Source: a virus. From it: a stretch of 64,000 nucleotides of DNA. The DNA lies in IMG/VR virus record IMGVR_UViG_3300042197_000642, positions 31,796 through 95,795 of that record; one strand, written 5' to 3'. Shown here piece after piece: positions 31,601 to 42,429 of this stretch; position 1 is the first letter of the stretch; every line of letters starts with the position of its first letter. A model generated the notes under the pieces. That model saw only the letters and a list, made by a program, of their open reading frames with translations, searched no databases and was not told the DNA's origin. The position numbers and the translations under genes are program-made.

Positions 31601-31945
31601 TTCGTATTGAATACCATCAACAAACTGTGACCAGTATGTAGCATTTGGTGGAGTAATGTTTACGCTGTTTGCAATAGCAATATAAACTTTACCACCATGC
31701 GCAACACCATCACCAACTTGATAGCTAGTTCCTGAAACATATGGTCCTTCAAAGTTAATGCCTCTTAGCATTAATGACCAGTAAGCTACATCAGTTGGTA
31801 GGTTACCAGCAGCTGAAATTACGGAAATGTAAACGTATACGTTACCGCCATACTTTACAACATCGTTAACTTCATATGTAGTTGAGTTGTTATACTCACC
31901 GGCAAAAAAGAAACGCAGTTTGCCTAAATCAATAAGTTGCGGCAT
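28697..31945 (-). CDS. large tail fibre with CBM5/12-like repeats
   Basis: About six repeats of Y..NDVV.YGG..Y...P....W at the N-terminus; duplicated internal modules; HATRKDYVD near the end. Confidence 0.7.
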   Translation of the reverse strand: MPQLIDLGKLRFFFAGEYNNSTTYEVNDVVKYGGNVYVYISVISAAGNLPTDVAYWSLMLRGINFEGPYVSGTSYQVGDGVAHGGKVYIAIANSVNITPPNATYWSQFVDGIQYEGSYNGSTTYQKNDVVKYGGKAYIAKVDGAGNLPTNTTYWDKFVDGIAASGVYNNGTNYVPGDVVAYGANTFTCILETTGNVPTNTTYWQAFSGGISYRSEWAGTTQYYPNDVVNRGGKTYIALLAHISSGTFSADLAEAKWQAFNGGIRVTGDFTASTPYLTGDLAFDGVDTYIANQDFTSGASIAADSTKWDLFAQGADYLPGQVGNAGKILGTDGTDPFWGYEVNKLYVSDSATVADSAEEFETDAGLTDATAVFVDTSTNYTQIAYKNEGQGTESSADIIVYSDQGNNDEGFIDVGIANSMFDSETFGITGPNDGYIFVQGVPSKTRTVTNSVLNSNVVTLTTSAAHGFKSGLPVVITGLASAYNGTYTITGTPTTTTFTYAKTNANIAAASGLSGQAVQGYGNGDLVLATGDGGERNAIVFAAGGFSSGNEQVTIMPDQNVHIEIATPSTSPSTGALTIVGGVGVQGDMFMAGDLSVESGGIIARDALFVGADAPEQAENVGTNVKTVSFKSRDASNVATLTTTAAHNFAPFMLVTVAIGDATFDGEIEVIDVPTATTFTYSSTGSLVANTVVASGTASQVPGFTNPMAVFVADADDYAQLVVQNIGTDPNSSSDFIAYANNGDDFSGYIDMGITSENFADPEFTITGGNDGYIFMDAPQGTTGSGNLVFATGGRGTENKIVFAAGGLSSDNTQMVITPDLNIHIEIPTASISPTTGALTVVGGVGIQGDVYIQGTISFGGSGTTVSTANLSVTDPLIFVGADNPQNNFELGLVAEYALVTTIDPTATVTAVSVSSNLATFALTYPGGVLPEEKFRVNDSVVITGVNGTFNGTYAVAAVGTSSITVNLTTADTTLTGLSGAANATNVYRPKYAGLAKDNTDGKWKLFSELDTRPTGGTINFAGVTFDAFKAGATEVTTLAASTSASAPFVSITNALPTAASHATRKDYVDNVTFAHPFMMAAL

Positions 31946-32229
31946 TACCTAACCTCCGTAAGCAGGTGAGACTTGTTGGAACTATTCCACTGAAAAGATA
32001 AATCACGTTTTGTCCAAACCCACTGTTTATAATCATTTGAACTAACAGATGTTTCAGTAGGTAGAGTCACAGGTGATCCGTCATTTATCTCTTCTACTGT
32101 AAGTTTAGCAGTAATAGGGTTATATTTGAACCCGTAAAAGGTCTGATCGCTAACATCATTTATATTAAAAGTATCGACATTTCCCACTAAATCATTGGCA
32201 CCTGGCTCGGGCTTAGCAAATCCTGGCAT
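31945..32229 (-). CDS. hypothetical virion protein
   Basis: Coupled ORF in the fibre cluster. Confidence 0.5.
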   Translation of the reverse strand: MPGFAKPEPGANDLVGNVDTFNINDVSDQTFYGFKYNPITAKLTVEEINDGSPVTLPTETSVSSNDYKQWVWTKRDLSFQWNSSNKSHLLTEVR

Positions 32230-32237
32230 TTACTCTC

Positions 32238-32585
32238 CTATACGATTTCTTCTTGCAAGATACCGTTTACATAAAACGCTAGATCGGTGTTTCCTGCAAC
32301 CTTTAGTACATCTGTAGGTTTCATTGAAAATCTAAACGTTTCATATGTATTGTATCCAGAAATAGATAAGTTGTAAGCAAGAAAACAATCAGTTAAAGTT
32401 GAACTATCTACCCATATAGAAAAGTTAGCTGTAGTAGCAGATTTATTAGTTACTATTACTGAAGCAAGAGGATAGTAAACTCCTCCTACTTGTAAAGTAG
32501 AAACTGATAACAAAGTAACAGCTCCTGATTGATACGTAGAATCAGTAGTTAAGACCGTGCTTGCTAAAGGTTCAATTATTGCCAT
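32238..32585 (-). CDS. fibre adaptor-type small beta protein
   Basis: SVIVTNKSATTANFSI...FLAYNLSI...DVLKV resembles 49413..49745 and the C-termini of 26513/27576. Confidence 0.5.
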   Translation of the reverse strand: MAIIEPLASTVLTTDSTYQSGAVTLLSVSTLQVGGVYYPLASVIVTNKSATTANFSIWVDSSTLTDCFLAYNLSISGYNTYETFRFSMKPTDVLKVAGNTDLAFYVNGILQEEIV

Positions 32586-32586
32586 G

Positions 32587-34209
<1,623 letters not shown>

Positions 34210-34212
34210 TTA

Positions 34213-35268
34213 TTATTGAGATATTTCTCGCTCAGTAAATACTTGACCTTTCATATATGTTTGGACAAGCGTTGGGTCTGCAGTAGTTGTAGCTTGTAAA
34301 TCCCAGAATCCACGAACAGGTAAGTACTTAGTTTGAGTTGCTGTTAATTTAAGTTTAATCTTTCCTGCAGCTGCATCAGTTTTTGTTATATCAAACTCAG
34401 CCCATAAAGATGGTGAGCTTGGATAGGTTCTAACCTGAGCTTTAAATGTGTAAGTAGTAACATCAAATGGAAAATCAAATATACCTTCCCAAGTATCTCC
34501 CTGGTATATAACAATGTCATAAATTGGAATATTAGAAATAATAGGGGTTCGACCGGTCATATCAGTTGCTATGTAAACTCTTTCTGGGCGACGTGAGTCA
34601 TCAATTTCTTGAGGTATGTATATAGGAATAAGTTTGTTAGTTGTACGGCTAACTCGACGTAGTTGTCCAACTTCAATGCGCCATAGGCCAATGTTTAAAG
34701 CAGAACATAGAGCTTTGTACTGTTCCATACGTTGTTCAATTAATGATATTAATTGGTGGTAGCGCTCAGAACGGGGAATAGTAACTCCGTCTGGAGCAAA
34801 TATGTTGATATCGTAGGCTGCATCGGTAGACAAGGCCCATAAAGCTTCAACAGTAGAAAGAATAGTAAGTGGGTACTCTTCTACGGGTGGAAGAAGGGCA
34901 ACTGTCATTTGGCGACCAAAGCCATCGGTTCTATTAAAAGTATGCTGCTCAACAGCAATGTTTACAAAGTTTGTAATGTCAGCATCACTAAAGTATCTAA
35001 ATACGTTTCCTACTACTGAGATATTAGCGTTGAGAGCTGGAGGGTTCGTAAAGTGAACAACGCCAAAGTTTGCCTCTATTGTGTATCCAGAAGGTTGAGC
35101 TATTGGAGTTCCATTTACAGTAACTAATAGAGTTGAGGTATCTACAGGCTTCACGCCAAGAGTAAATGACTTTGTGCTTCCGTCACCAATAAAGGTTTTA
35201 GTAAACTGACGGGGTTGGTCGTTTAACTCTGTGCGGACTTTAGCCACTAAATCAGCAATAACAGCCAC
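34213..35268 (-). CDS. head-tail adaptor / neck protein
   Basis: Lies after the capsid operon; YFSDADITNF; C-terminal IYQGDTW...AQVR...GKIKLKLTATQT Ig-like module. Confidence 0.55.
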   Translation of the reverse strand: MAVIADLVAKVRTELNDQPRQFTKTFIGDGSTKSFTLGVKPVDTSTLLVTVNGTPIAQPSGYTIEANFGVVHFTNPPALNANISVVGNVFRYFSDADITNFVNIAVEQHTFNRTDGFGRQMTVALLPPVEEYPLTILSTVEALWALSTDAAYDINIFAPDGVTIPRSERYHQLISLIEQRMEQYKALCSALNIGLWRIEVGQLRRVSRTTNKLIPIYIPQEIDDSRRPERVYIATDMTGRTPIISNIPIYDIVIYQGDTWEGIFDFPFDVTTYTFKAQVRTYPSSPSLWAEFDITKTDAAAGKIKLKLTATQTKYLPVRGFWDLQATTTADPTLVQTYMKGQVFTEREISQ

Positions 35269-35295
35269 ATTTACTCCTCAACATTCAACTATCTA

Positions 35296-35324
35296 ATGAT
35301 GACAAGATGTTGCCAAAAAGTCAG
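35296..35324 (-). promoter_or_regulatory. putative late promoter CTGACT-N17-CATCAT
   Basis: Member of the recurring CTGACA-N17-nAnnnT class. Confidence 0.5.
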
Positions 35325-35334
35325 CCTATAAAAC

Positions 35335-35360
35335 GAAAACAGCGGGCTTTTTGCCCGCTG
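35335..35360 (-). terminator. intrinsic terminator
   Basis: CAGCGGGC/GCCCGCTG stem followed by TTTT on the minus strand. Confidence 0.7.
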
Positions 35361-35378
35361 CTCCGCTAAGATTAACTT

Positions 35379-35750
35379 TTAAAGAACGTTTGCTAGATAA
35401 CCCTTTTCTTTTAAGTGCGCAGCAACTTCTTTAGTTACTGAGTACTTTTGACCAGCTTTAAAGCTGTAGGTGTTACCTGCTCCAAAAGTCATAGATTCGA
35501 TAGTGTCAACAGTTCTAATAACTACAGTCTCTTCACCATCTTTTGCTAATCTCTTAACTTCGTCTACCACTACGGTGACTGGGCGATTTGGTTTTGTAGC
35601 ATCTAAGACTTCTGTTTCTAATTTAATTTGAGCTTCAGCAGTAGCCATTGACATTTCATTGGCTCTATTTTGCTGTTCTTCAATAAACTGCTCAGCGAGA
35701 GCTTCTCTTTGACGACCAGTAAAGTCGTTTGGTTTTGATTGTCTTGCCAT
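35379..35750 (-). CDS. hypothetical protein downstream of the capsid gene
   Basis: GGAGG RBS; YSFKAGQKYSV...HLKEKGYL. Confidence 0.6.
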   Translation of the reverse strand: MARQSKPNDFTGRQREALAEQFIEEQQNRANEMSMATAEAQIKLETEVLDATKPNRPVTVVVDEVKRLAKDGEETVVIRTVDTIESMTFGAGNTYSFKAGQKYSVTKEVAAHLKEKGYLANVL

Positions 35751-35782
35751 TTATTTCCTCCGGTTTAATGACTGGGTGTTTG

Positions 35783-35818
35783 TGTTGGGCGGGAAGTTTC
35801 AAGGCTTCCCGCCTCAAC
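35783..35818 (-). terminator. hairpin after major capsid gene
   Basis: GTTGGGCGGGAAG...CTTCCCGCCTCAAC stem. Confidence 0.6.
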
Positions 35819-35840
35819 TATCTTACATATTAAATTGTTA

Positions 35841-36926
35841 TTAGTTAGTTTCTGCAATAACAACAGCTTGATCAGTGATTAGACCAAGACCGAAGATTGA
35901 GTACCAAGCTAATGCATGCTCACGACCAAAGTCTAGAATACCGCCATCACGGAGTTCTACTGGAAGTGAAATTGCGTGACCGAATGCGTTATCTCCAATG
36001 AAGATAGCGTCATAACGATCTGATCCACCGTTACCTGTGAATTCAGCTGGTGAAATGTATCCACCACCTGCGGTAACTGTTGGAGTTACAGCTGTATCAG
36101 TTGTGTATGAAGTACCAGCTCCGCCAACAACCTTGCGAACTTGTGTTGTCTCGATGAATACTGTGTCGTATAGACGACCAATTTCACCAAGCATAAAGTT
36201 ACCAGGTGCAGCGTATTTAGTTACTTCAATAAACTCAGCAGTATCGCGTAGTTTACGGCTTTGATGTGGGTGCACGAAAGCAACATAAGTCTCACCCAAA
36301 CGTGGGATGTTCTTAGTTGATAGTGTCTCTGCTGCGTCCTTAACAGTACGTGGTGTCAAGTTAAACGCACCTGTCATAGAAGCACGGTTTGTTCCATTTG
36401 TACCTGAAGCGTACTGGTTAAATGTACCAGTTCCGTTGGTAATGGTTTGCATTGTTGTGCGGTCTTCACCATAAATGGTTGAAGTTGCAGAGTACAGTGT
36501 GTCACGGCTCAACTTATCTAGATAAAGAGCCATGTTACGTCCTAGAAGACGTGAAGCTGATGCCATTACATCATCAAATGATGCATTTAACAAAAGCTCA
36601 GAAACCGCAAGAGCATATCCATGCTCTGATACGGTAATGCTAAACTGTTGTGCAGTTAGCGCATTAGTTTGCATACGAACACCTTCGACTAGCGCTGTTG
36701 CGAAGCCTAAGTTGTTGTAACGCATGAAGTTAATTTGTAAACCAGGAGCAACACCAAGTTCAGTCTTCTTGACTGCAAATTGCTCGAAGCGAAGGATAGG
36801 CATAGCCTGGAAAAGGATTTCCTTTGACCAGATTGTCTGGATCGCTTGAGTTAACTGTGTGTTGGTACCTGAGTAGGCTGTAGGGGCCGCGGCAAGATTG
36901 CCTGTACCCGTAATACCAGATGCCAT
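35841..36926 (-). CDS. major capsid protein (N4-gp56-like, HK97 fold)
   Basis: LRFEQFA, LVEG, EHG, AFVHPHQ..LRD, GEIGRLY..VFIET, DFGREHALAWY; follows the scaffold; biased codon usage. Confidence 0.9.
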   Translation of the reverse strand: MASGITGTGNLAAAPTAYSGTNTQLTQAIQTIWSKEILFQAMPILRFEQFAVKKTELGVAPGLQINFMRYNNLGFATALVEGVRMQTNALTAQQFSITVSEHGYALAVSELLLNASFDDVMASASRLLGRNMALYLDKLSRDTLYSATSTIYGEDRTTMQTITNGTGTFNQYASGTNGTNRASMTGAFNLTPRTVKDAAETLSTKNIPRLGETYVAFVHPHQSRKLRDTAEFIEVTKYAAPGNFMLGEIGRLYDTVFIETTQVRKVVGGAGTSYTTDTAVTPTVTAGGGYISPAEFTGNGGSDRYDAIFIGDNAFGHAISLPVELRDGGILDFGREHALAWYSIFGLGLITDQAVVIAETN

Positions 36927-36964
36927 TTAGTTATTTCTCCTTATTTGGAATTGGGGGTTTTTAA

Positions 36965-37744
36965 TTACCCGAACAGTCCCTTTGAACGCCCTTGAGCCTG
37001 TGGGCTCAACAAACGTTGGCGGTACTTAGCGTATTCGTTCATCGGCATAGCTGAAATTTCTTCAGCTGTTAACGTTCTTTGCTCCGAGTTAGTTTCCAAC
37101 GGTCCGGCTGACGGAGACGTAATTCTTGTTCCCGTCATTTCTTTCCGAGCATTCTGCATTGCAGATTGCGCAGAGTCTAGAATTCGTGCAGAGCGTTCCT
37201 TCAAACCTTCGATGCTTGCTTCAACCTCTTCTTTGGTATTACCACTTACTAGGTCTAGCAATTCGGGAATGATAGTTTCGCGCTCTTCGTCTAATCGAGT
37301 TTGTCGATAAGACTGTAGATCAGCGAAGTTTCTTTCACGTTCCAGAAGAGCGAAGGCGCGTTCACGTTCTTGACGCTCACGCTCCAACTGCTCTTGCCAA
37401 TCTGCTTCTTTCTTTTGAAGCAATTGGCGAACATCCATGTCGGCTTCTAAAGCTTCTTGTTCTAAAGCTGCTTTTTTAGCTTCCTCTTCAGCTACGCGTA
37501 AAGCTTCTGCTTCACGGTCTTTCTTTAAAGAGTCTAGTTCTTCTTTTAGTTTCTCTATTTGAGGATAAAGTTTTTCTTTTTCTTGGCTACGAACTTTAGC
37601 CAAGTCATCCTCTGTATAAAACTTAGAAGAGTTCTTAGGAGTTGGTGCGTCAGCGACAAGTGTCTCTGAAACTGCACTTTCAACAACTGGAACTACTCCT
37701 GCTTCGGCTGCAAAAGCCTCGGCACTTGCTGATGTTGTTTCCAT
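36965..37744 (-). CDS. capsid scaffolding protein
   Basis: Acidic coiled coil lying between portal and capsid genes; ends ISAMPMNEYAKYRQRLL. Confidence 0.8.
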   Translation of the reverse strand: METTSASAEAFAAEAGVVPVVESAVSETLVADAPTPKNSSKFYTEDDLAKVRSQEKEKLYPQIEKLKEELDSLKKDREAEALRVAEEEAKKAALEQEALEADMDVRQLLQKKEADWQEQLERERQERERAFALLERERNFADLQSYRQTRLDEERETIIPELLDLVSGNTKEEVEASIEGLKERSARILDSAQSAMQNARKEMTGTRITSPSAGPLETNSEQRTLTAEEISAMPMNEYAKYRQRLLSPQAQGRSKGLFG

Positions 37745-37810
37745 AGGTATCCTTTACATTCTCTGGGTCTTTATCCGATATGTGAGCACAAATGACCAAA
37801 CGGTGTTTAT

Positions 37811-37839
37811 ATTCTTACGGTTTTACACCTTTTTGTCAG
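37811..37839 (-). promoter_or_regulatory. putative late promoter CTGACA-N17-AAGAAT
   Basis: Recurring class; upstream of the scaffold gene. Confidence 0.5.
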
Positions 37840-37848
37840 TGTAAACGA

Positions 37849-39561
37849 TTACCTTTGATAATCTTCAGGTACCTTTCTCTGTGGTAGCACTGTTCCGTAA
37901 GCTTCGGTTACTAACTTGTTTCTTAAGTCAGCCTCACCCATGTCTGCTTGCATTAGGGCGTCATCAATTTGAGCAATAGGCTGTCCAGCCATTGCTTCTC
38001 CATTTGGACCGGCAACCGCGGTTGCTGGTGTAAATCCTTTACCATCTGGGGATGGTGTGGTTCCGGTCAAATCTGCAATTTCTTGTTCAATTTGAGTTTG
38101 TAATAGTTTTAACGCACCATCAGCCGTTGCATCGTCTAATAGCTCTTGTCTAATCTCATTAAGTTTATCTGTTGGGAATTCCTCACCTAAAGTACGCAAT
38201 GCGCCTTCTTTAGACTCTAACCCAAGTGAAAGCATAGACTGAACCTCATTAAGAGCAATTAACTTGTCTAAAGGTAGAGGTTGTGGAAACTGAACATATG
38301 TACGATAAGTTAAAGGGTCATTTGGATCTAGTCGATCTATCTGACCTTTCTTTAACTTAGGGTTAATTGTTGGGTTCCAAACAAGCATTTCTGGTTCTTT
38401 TACTGCAAGACTTAAAATAATAAGTTCGTTAATGCGTTCTAATCCACGAGCGTACTGAACAATCTTTTGATGATAACGATTCATCAAAGGTTGAAACTGA
38501 ATAGCTAGCGCTACACCTGATGTATTTGAAATAGGTTGAGCTTGTCCTAAGGCTGTTTCAGGAACACCAATCATTTCATGCATTGACTTTTTAAGAGTAG
38601 CTAAGAAATCCATAGCACCTTTTAGACCCTGACCGCCACCTTCTAAGTTTTCAACTCTAGCGTCTTTAGGCAGACCACCCCATACTTTGTTAGCACCTTT
38701 TTCTAGTTGTGATGCTTTCGCTCCAATGATGACAGTAACCGGCGCGGCATGGTAATTAACAATATCAGCAATGTCAGTAGCAGTTTCATTGTAAGAGCGG
38801 TTAAGAGAAATAATGTCATGGCAATCACTAAGGCCCCAAGGAGAACCACTGACACGCACATTTGGAATATGAACAATGGGAATAGTGCCAAGCGGATTAG
38901 GGCGGGAATCGATAAGCTCATCATTAATGTACTCCTCAATAATGTCATCAGTTAAGATTTCTGTATAAGTAAATACTTGACGAGTACCTTCAAGAGAAGT
39001 GCCCCAAAATCGATATTTAAGTTTAAAACGAATAAGGCGTTCACGATCGTGTGGATGAAACTCTGGAAAACAAAAAGAAGAATTAAGAGGAAGAATACGT
39101 ACACGGCCAGAGTGTTGACGGCCAGATGGATCAACCCAAGCTTCTTCATAAGCAATCTTTACAAAACAGTCACCAGATACAGCGCCTTGTTGCCCCATTT
39201 CCCAAAGAACTGTTGCTTTATTGTTATCTACTTCCCATACTCTTTCAAGTAAGTCTGGAACAATTGCTTCAGTTTCTCTTGGACTTCTAAATCCTACACC
39301 CTTACTAAAAGTAAAGTTAATAACAAAGTCTGTAAATGCACGATAATAATTAAATGCCATTTGAGACTCACCAACTTGGCGTCGATAAGAATAGTGATGA
39401 CCTAGGTACATAGCCCAGTTTAAAGAATAGCGGTTTAAACGAGGACCATGGACTTCAAACTCTTCGTCTGCTAACTCCACCAAACCAAGTGGTGAAATAG
39501 AAATAGTTAAATCAGATGAGGCTGCTCTATACGAAGGTGGTGAGAAGTCTATAGATGCCAT
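37849..39561 (-). CDS. portal protein (SPP1 gp6-like)
   Basis: NPLGTIPIVHIPN, WGLSD, SGVAL motifs; lies between terminase and scaffold. Confidence 0.9.
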   Translation of the reverse strand: MASIDFSPPSYRAASSDLTISISPLGLVELADEEFEVHGPRLNRYSLNWAMYLGHHYSYRRQVGESQMAFNYYRAFTDFVINFTFSKGVGFRSPRETEAIVPDLLERVWEVDNNKATVLWEMGQQGAVSGDCFVKIAYEEAWVDPSGRQHSGRVRILPLNSSFCFPEFHPHDRERLIRFKLKYRFWGTSLEGTRQVFTYTEILTDDIIEEYINDELIDSRPNPLGTIPIVHIPNVRVSGSPWGLSDCHDIISLNRSYNETATDIADIVNYHAAPVTVIIGAKASQLEKGANKVWGGLPKDARVENLEGGGQGLKGAMDFLATLKKSMHEMIGVPETALGQAQPISNTSGVALAIQFQPLMNRYHQKIVQYARGLERINELIILSLAVKEPEMLVWNPTINPKLKKGQIDRLDPNDPLTYRTYVQFPQPLPLDKLIALNEVQSMLSLGLESKEGALRTLGEEFPTDKLNEIRQELLDDATADGALKLLQTQIEQEIADLTGTTPSPDGKGFTPATAVAGPNGEAMAGQPIAQIDDALMQADMGEADLRNKLVTEAYGTVLPQRKVPEDYQR

Positions 39562-39613
39562 CTAGTAATTCCTCTCATTCAAAAACACTGTCAAATCCTA
39601 CCACTTAATGTGG

Positions 39614-39928
39614 CTATTTTGATTTAGTTACTGGCTTAGTGACTTTTTTCTTAACGTCTCTAACGATGCTTTTTTTACTTTCTTTTTCTTTCTTTTCTTT
39701 AGCCTCTTCGGCAACATCTCTATTTCGTGGATCAATATCTTTTTTAGATGCAACGAACTTGCCACCCATTTGTGAGTAGTGTGTGCGAACCCAGTGTGCT
39801 GCTGCTGGAGATGGATATTTAGAAAACTTAGACCTAGCTTGTACAGTAACCATATTCCAAAGTCGAGGATTGGCAGGGTACTCTTGACCCTCGTCCTCTT
39901 TTACTTCTTTACCTTTAATTAATGCCAT
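39614..39928 (-). CDS. basic hypothetical protein
   Basis: ANPRLW...KYPSPAAAHWV..Y..MGG.F. Confidence 0.6.
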   Translation of the reverse strand: MALIKGKEVKEDEGQEYPANPRLWNMVTVQARSKFSKYPSPAAAHWVRTHYSQMGGKFVASKKDIDPRNRDVAEEAKEKKEKESKKSIVRDVKKKVTKPVTKSK

Positions 39929-39948
39929 GAATATTCCTTATAAAAGGT

Positions 39949-39991
39949 TCTTGCCCCCGCTGTTGTTTAAATGTGCAACGCGGGGGTAAGA
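39949..39991. terminator. long hairpin/terminator
   Basis: TCTTGCCCCCGC...GCGGGGGTAAGA. Confidence 0.55.
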
Positions 39992-40004
39992 GACTTTTAG
40001 TAAA

Positions 40005-40412
40005 TTAGTCCTGTACGACTGATGGGTTTGAACGAGCTTGACGAGATCCATCACGGAATTCTCTTTCAAACTTGTTGTCACCGTGATCAGCAAAACCACC
40101 TTTTGAGAAGTCACCTAACATTGCAGGTGCTTCTACCCATGCTGCAGAACCTACGTGAGCACGCTCACGCATTGTTTCTTCAGCTGGTTTTGTGTGTACA
40201 GCTTTGTTACGGTTTGGACGGCCTGCTGCAGGTTCATAACCTTGCATCGCACCAGTTTCAAACTCTTGAGGGACATCTGTATCTGTTGCTACACCCTCTT
40301 CAAAACGCAATGGTCCACGTTGTCCTGGGACAGCGCCTGCCATTTTACGATCGTATACGTTGCCAACACGCTCAGGAAGCTGAGGTGCTGGACCGATTGT
40401 TGATTCAGCCAT
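40005..40412 (-). CDS. hypothetical protein between terminase and portal
   Basis: Likely start MAESTIG at 40412, after AAGGAG. Confidence 0.6.
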   Translation of the reverse strand: MAESTIGPAPQLPERVGNVYDRKMAGAVPGQRGPLRFEEGVATDTDVPQEFETGAMQGYEPAAGRPNRNKAVHTKPAEETMRERAHVGSAAWVEAPAMLGDFSKGGFADHGDNKFEREFRDGSRQARSNPSVVQD

Positions 40413-40452
40413 TAATGACTCCTTATAAATTGAGATTGAGGACCTCAAGTAC

Positions 40453-40481
40453 AGTGTTCTAGTTTTTCCCCCAAATGTCAG
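40453..40481 (-). promoter_or_regulatory. putative late promoter CTGACA-N17-AACACT
   Basis: Recurring class. Confidence 0.5.
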
Positions 40482-40494
40482 TATAAAGTATACT

Positions 40495-42069
40495 TTATTT
40501 ATAAAATGGAGATGACGTAACCTCAACACTAGGCATTGTCATATCCATAGTTAAAACTACTGCTATAGCTAGGCTATCTGCATAATCATCATGAGCATGT
40601 GCCTCTTCTGGGGCATGGGCTAAAAAGTTAGGCCCCTGAAACTTAGTTTCAAGATCCGCCATCTGTTGGTAAAACCGCTTCCAAGTTCTTAACCTTCTAG
40701 TCTTAGCGTGAGCGGGCCACCCAATCATTTTTCTATCAATTAAAGCTTTTAAATGTTTCCACCTTTTTGATTGTGCGGATTGACTACTCTCTAGAGCGTG
40801 TACTTCAGATCCCGGTAATAGAAGTTTTAATCTTTGAGCTACGGCATCACCTACACCATTAGCGTCTACACCTACAGATAGAACATCGTAATTACTTAAA
40901 AAAGTAGTAATTTGAAAATACTGATCTTCCCAATCATCTCCTTGTATCTCTAACCAGTTTAAAACTCTATGATCAAAATAGCCAAACTCATCAGGCCTAT
41001 CCCAGTCTACCCAAAGAACTGTTACTACTGTTGAGTCTATTTTTCTAGCAGGATCTATACCAACTACAACTGGGGAACGGTGCCAGGCTTTTACTACTTC
41101 TTGCGAGGTGTCACCTAGCTCATCTAATATAGATGATGTAATAAACATACCTCGTTCAAGAAGCCACTTACAGTTGTAAGACATCTGAAACTCATCAGAG
41201 TCCTCCCCAATACGAAGCATCTCTTTTCTTATAAACTTACCGTAGTTTTCATTTACTTTAGCTACGTCTCGCCAATCCCATTCAAAATGGTTTTGTCTAG
41301 TTCCCCTACTAGTCTGTCTACGTTTGTTTAATTGAATAGACCTGTAAAAGTTGTTTTTGCTAGTAGTTGGGGTTCCGGTTTTAACCATAGTTCCTGAGTA
41401 GTATGCAAGCATAGGAGATATAGATTTAGATACAACAAAGTCGTCTGCTTCTTGGCACTCGTCAATAACTACTAAATGAAAAGACTTGGATTCAATCTTT
41501 GCGCGAGGGTTAGCTGTCATCATCATTAAAGTAGAACCAGAGTTCTTAAGTTTAATTTGTCGTGTAACTCCAGGGACTTTTCCTAAAGAGTCATCAATCT
41601 CTGGGTCACCTAAAATCTCTAATGCCCGTTCACTAGTAAGTCTACTAATTGTTCTACCAAATAGTGTTTCTACTTGCCCCTCAACTGGAGCAAACATACC
41701 AACCCATAATCCATCTTTAAACTTACCTAATAAATCTGGGTACATCTTTGCAAGTCGTGGTAGCAAAACCATTAATGTTGCAACAGTATTAGCAATAGTT
41801 TCAGATTTACCAGACTGACGAGCTGCAAGAGCAGTAACTTCTTCACCGTCATTAATAATTATAGATTCCATTATACGTCTAGATAAAGGTTCTTGATATG
41901 AGTGTAGTTCATGCCCAACTAATGCTGTCATAAATGTTACGCATCGGTCTACTAGTTTTTTGACAAACTCTTTAGAAAGCTCGTCGAGTTCATCTACCTC
42001 TTCTTCTTCTAAAAAAGGTACTTCATCTTCTAGTAGCTCATCTTCTTCATAAAATACTTGTTCTGACAT
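40495..42069 (-). CDS. terL: terminase large subunit
   Basis: ARQSGKS Walker A, VVIDECQ Walker B, GTP motif, VGIDPA nuclease, HDDYADSLA. Confidence 0.95.
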   Translation of the reverse strand: MSEQVFYEEDELLEDEVPFLEEEEVDELDELSKEFVKKLVDRCVTFMTALVGHELHSYQEPLSRRIMESIIINDGEEVTALAARQSGKSETIANTVATLMVLLPRLAKMYPDLLGKFKDGLWVGMFAPVEGQVETLFGRTISRLTSERALEILGDPEIDDSLGKVPGVTRQIKLKNSGSTLMMMTANPRAKIESKSFHLVVIDECQEADDFVVSKSISPMLAYYSGTMVKTGTPTTSKNNFYRSIQLNKRRQTSRGTRQNHFEWDWRDVAKVNENYGKFIRKEMLRIGEDSDEFQMSYNCKWLLERGMFITSSILDELGDTSQEVVKAWHRSPVVVGIDPARKIDSTVVTVLWVDWDRPDEFGYFDHRVLNWLEIQGDDWEDQYFQITTFLSNYDVLSVGVDANGVGDAVAQRLKLLLPGSEVHALESSQSAQSKRWKHLKALIDRKMIGWPAHAKTRRLRTWKRFYQQMADLETKFQGPNFLAHAPEEAHAHDDYADSLAIAVVLTMDMTMPSVEVTSSPFYK

Positions 42070-42089
42070 ACGTTCCTAGTCTAGATTAA

Positions 42090-42154
42090 AACGGAAAGCC
42101 TGGGTATTCAACCCAGGCTGGCCGCTGCCACACGGGAGAGAAGGAAGAGAGGCA
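42090..42154 (-). ncRNA. candidate small RNA with pyrimidine-rich (anti-SD) loop and terminator hairpin
   Basis: TATACT -10 at 42160-42165; UGCC-[UCUCUUCCUUCUCUCCCGUGU]-GGCA; then AGCCUGGGU/ACCCAGGCU-UUCC. Confidence 0.4.
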
Positions 42155-42183
42155 AGTAAAGTATAGTACATAAAGTTTAAAAC

Positions 42184-42429
42184 CTATAAAGTGGTTGTCT
42201 TCCTCTTATGAATTTCATAAACAACTGCATGCAAAACCTCTGCTCCGTCTAAAGCTTCATTTAAATAGACTTTTTCACTTGATTTTGCAAATCTAGAAAG
42301 ATTACGATTTATCTCAGTAAGTGCCTGGTCTAGCCACATCTCTAGGTCTGCTGTAGGTATTTTAGAAACTCTTTTTGCTACTTTATTTGAAAAAGGTCTT
42401 TCTTGTGGTTTTCTCTTAAAAAGATTCAT
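42184..42429 (-). CDS. hypothetical protein
   Basis: ORF in the terminase-upstream cluster. Confidence 0.55.
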   Translation of the reverse strand: MNLFKRKPQERPFSNKVAKRVSKIPTADLEMWLDQALTEINRNLSRFAKSSEKVYLNEALDGAEVLHAVVYEIHKRKTTTL

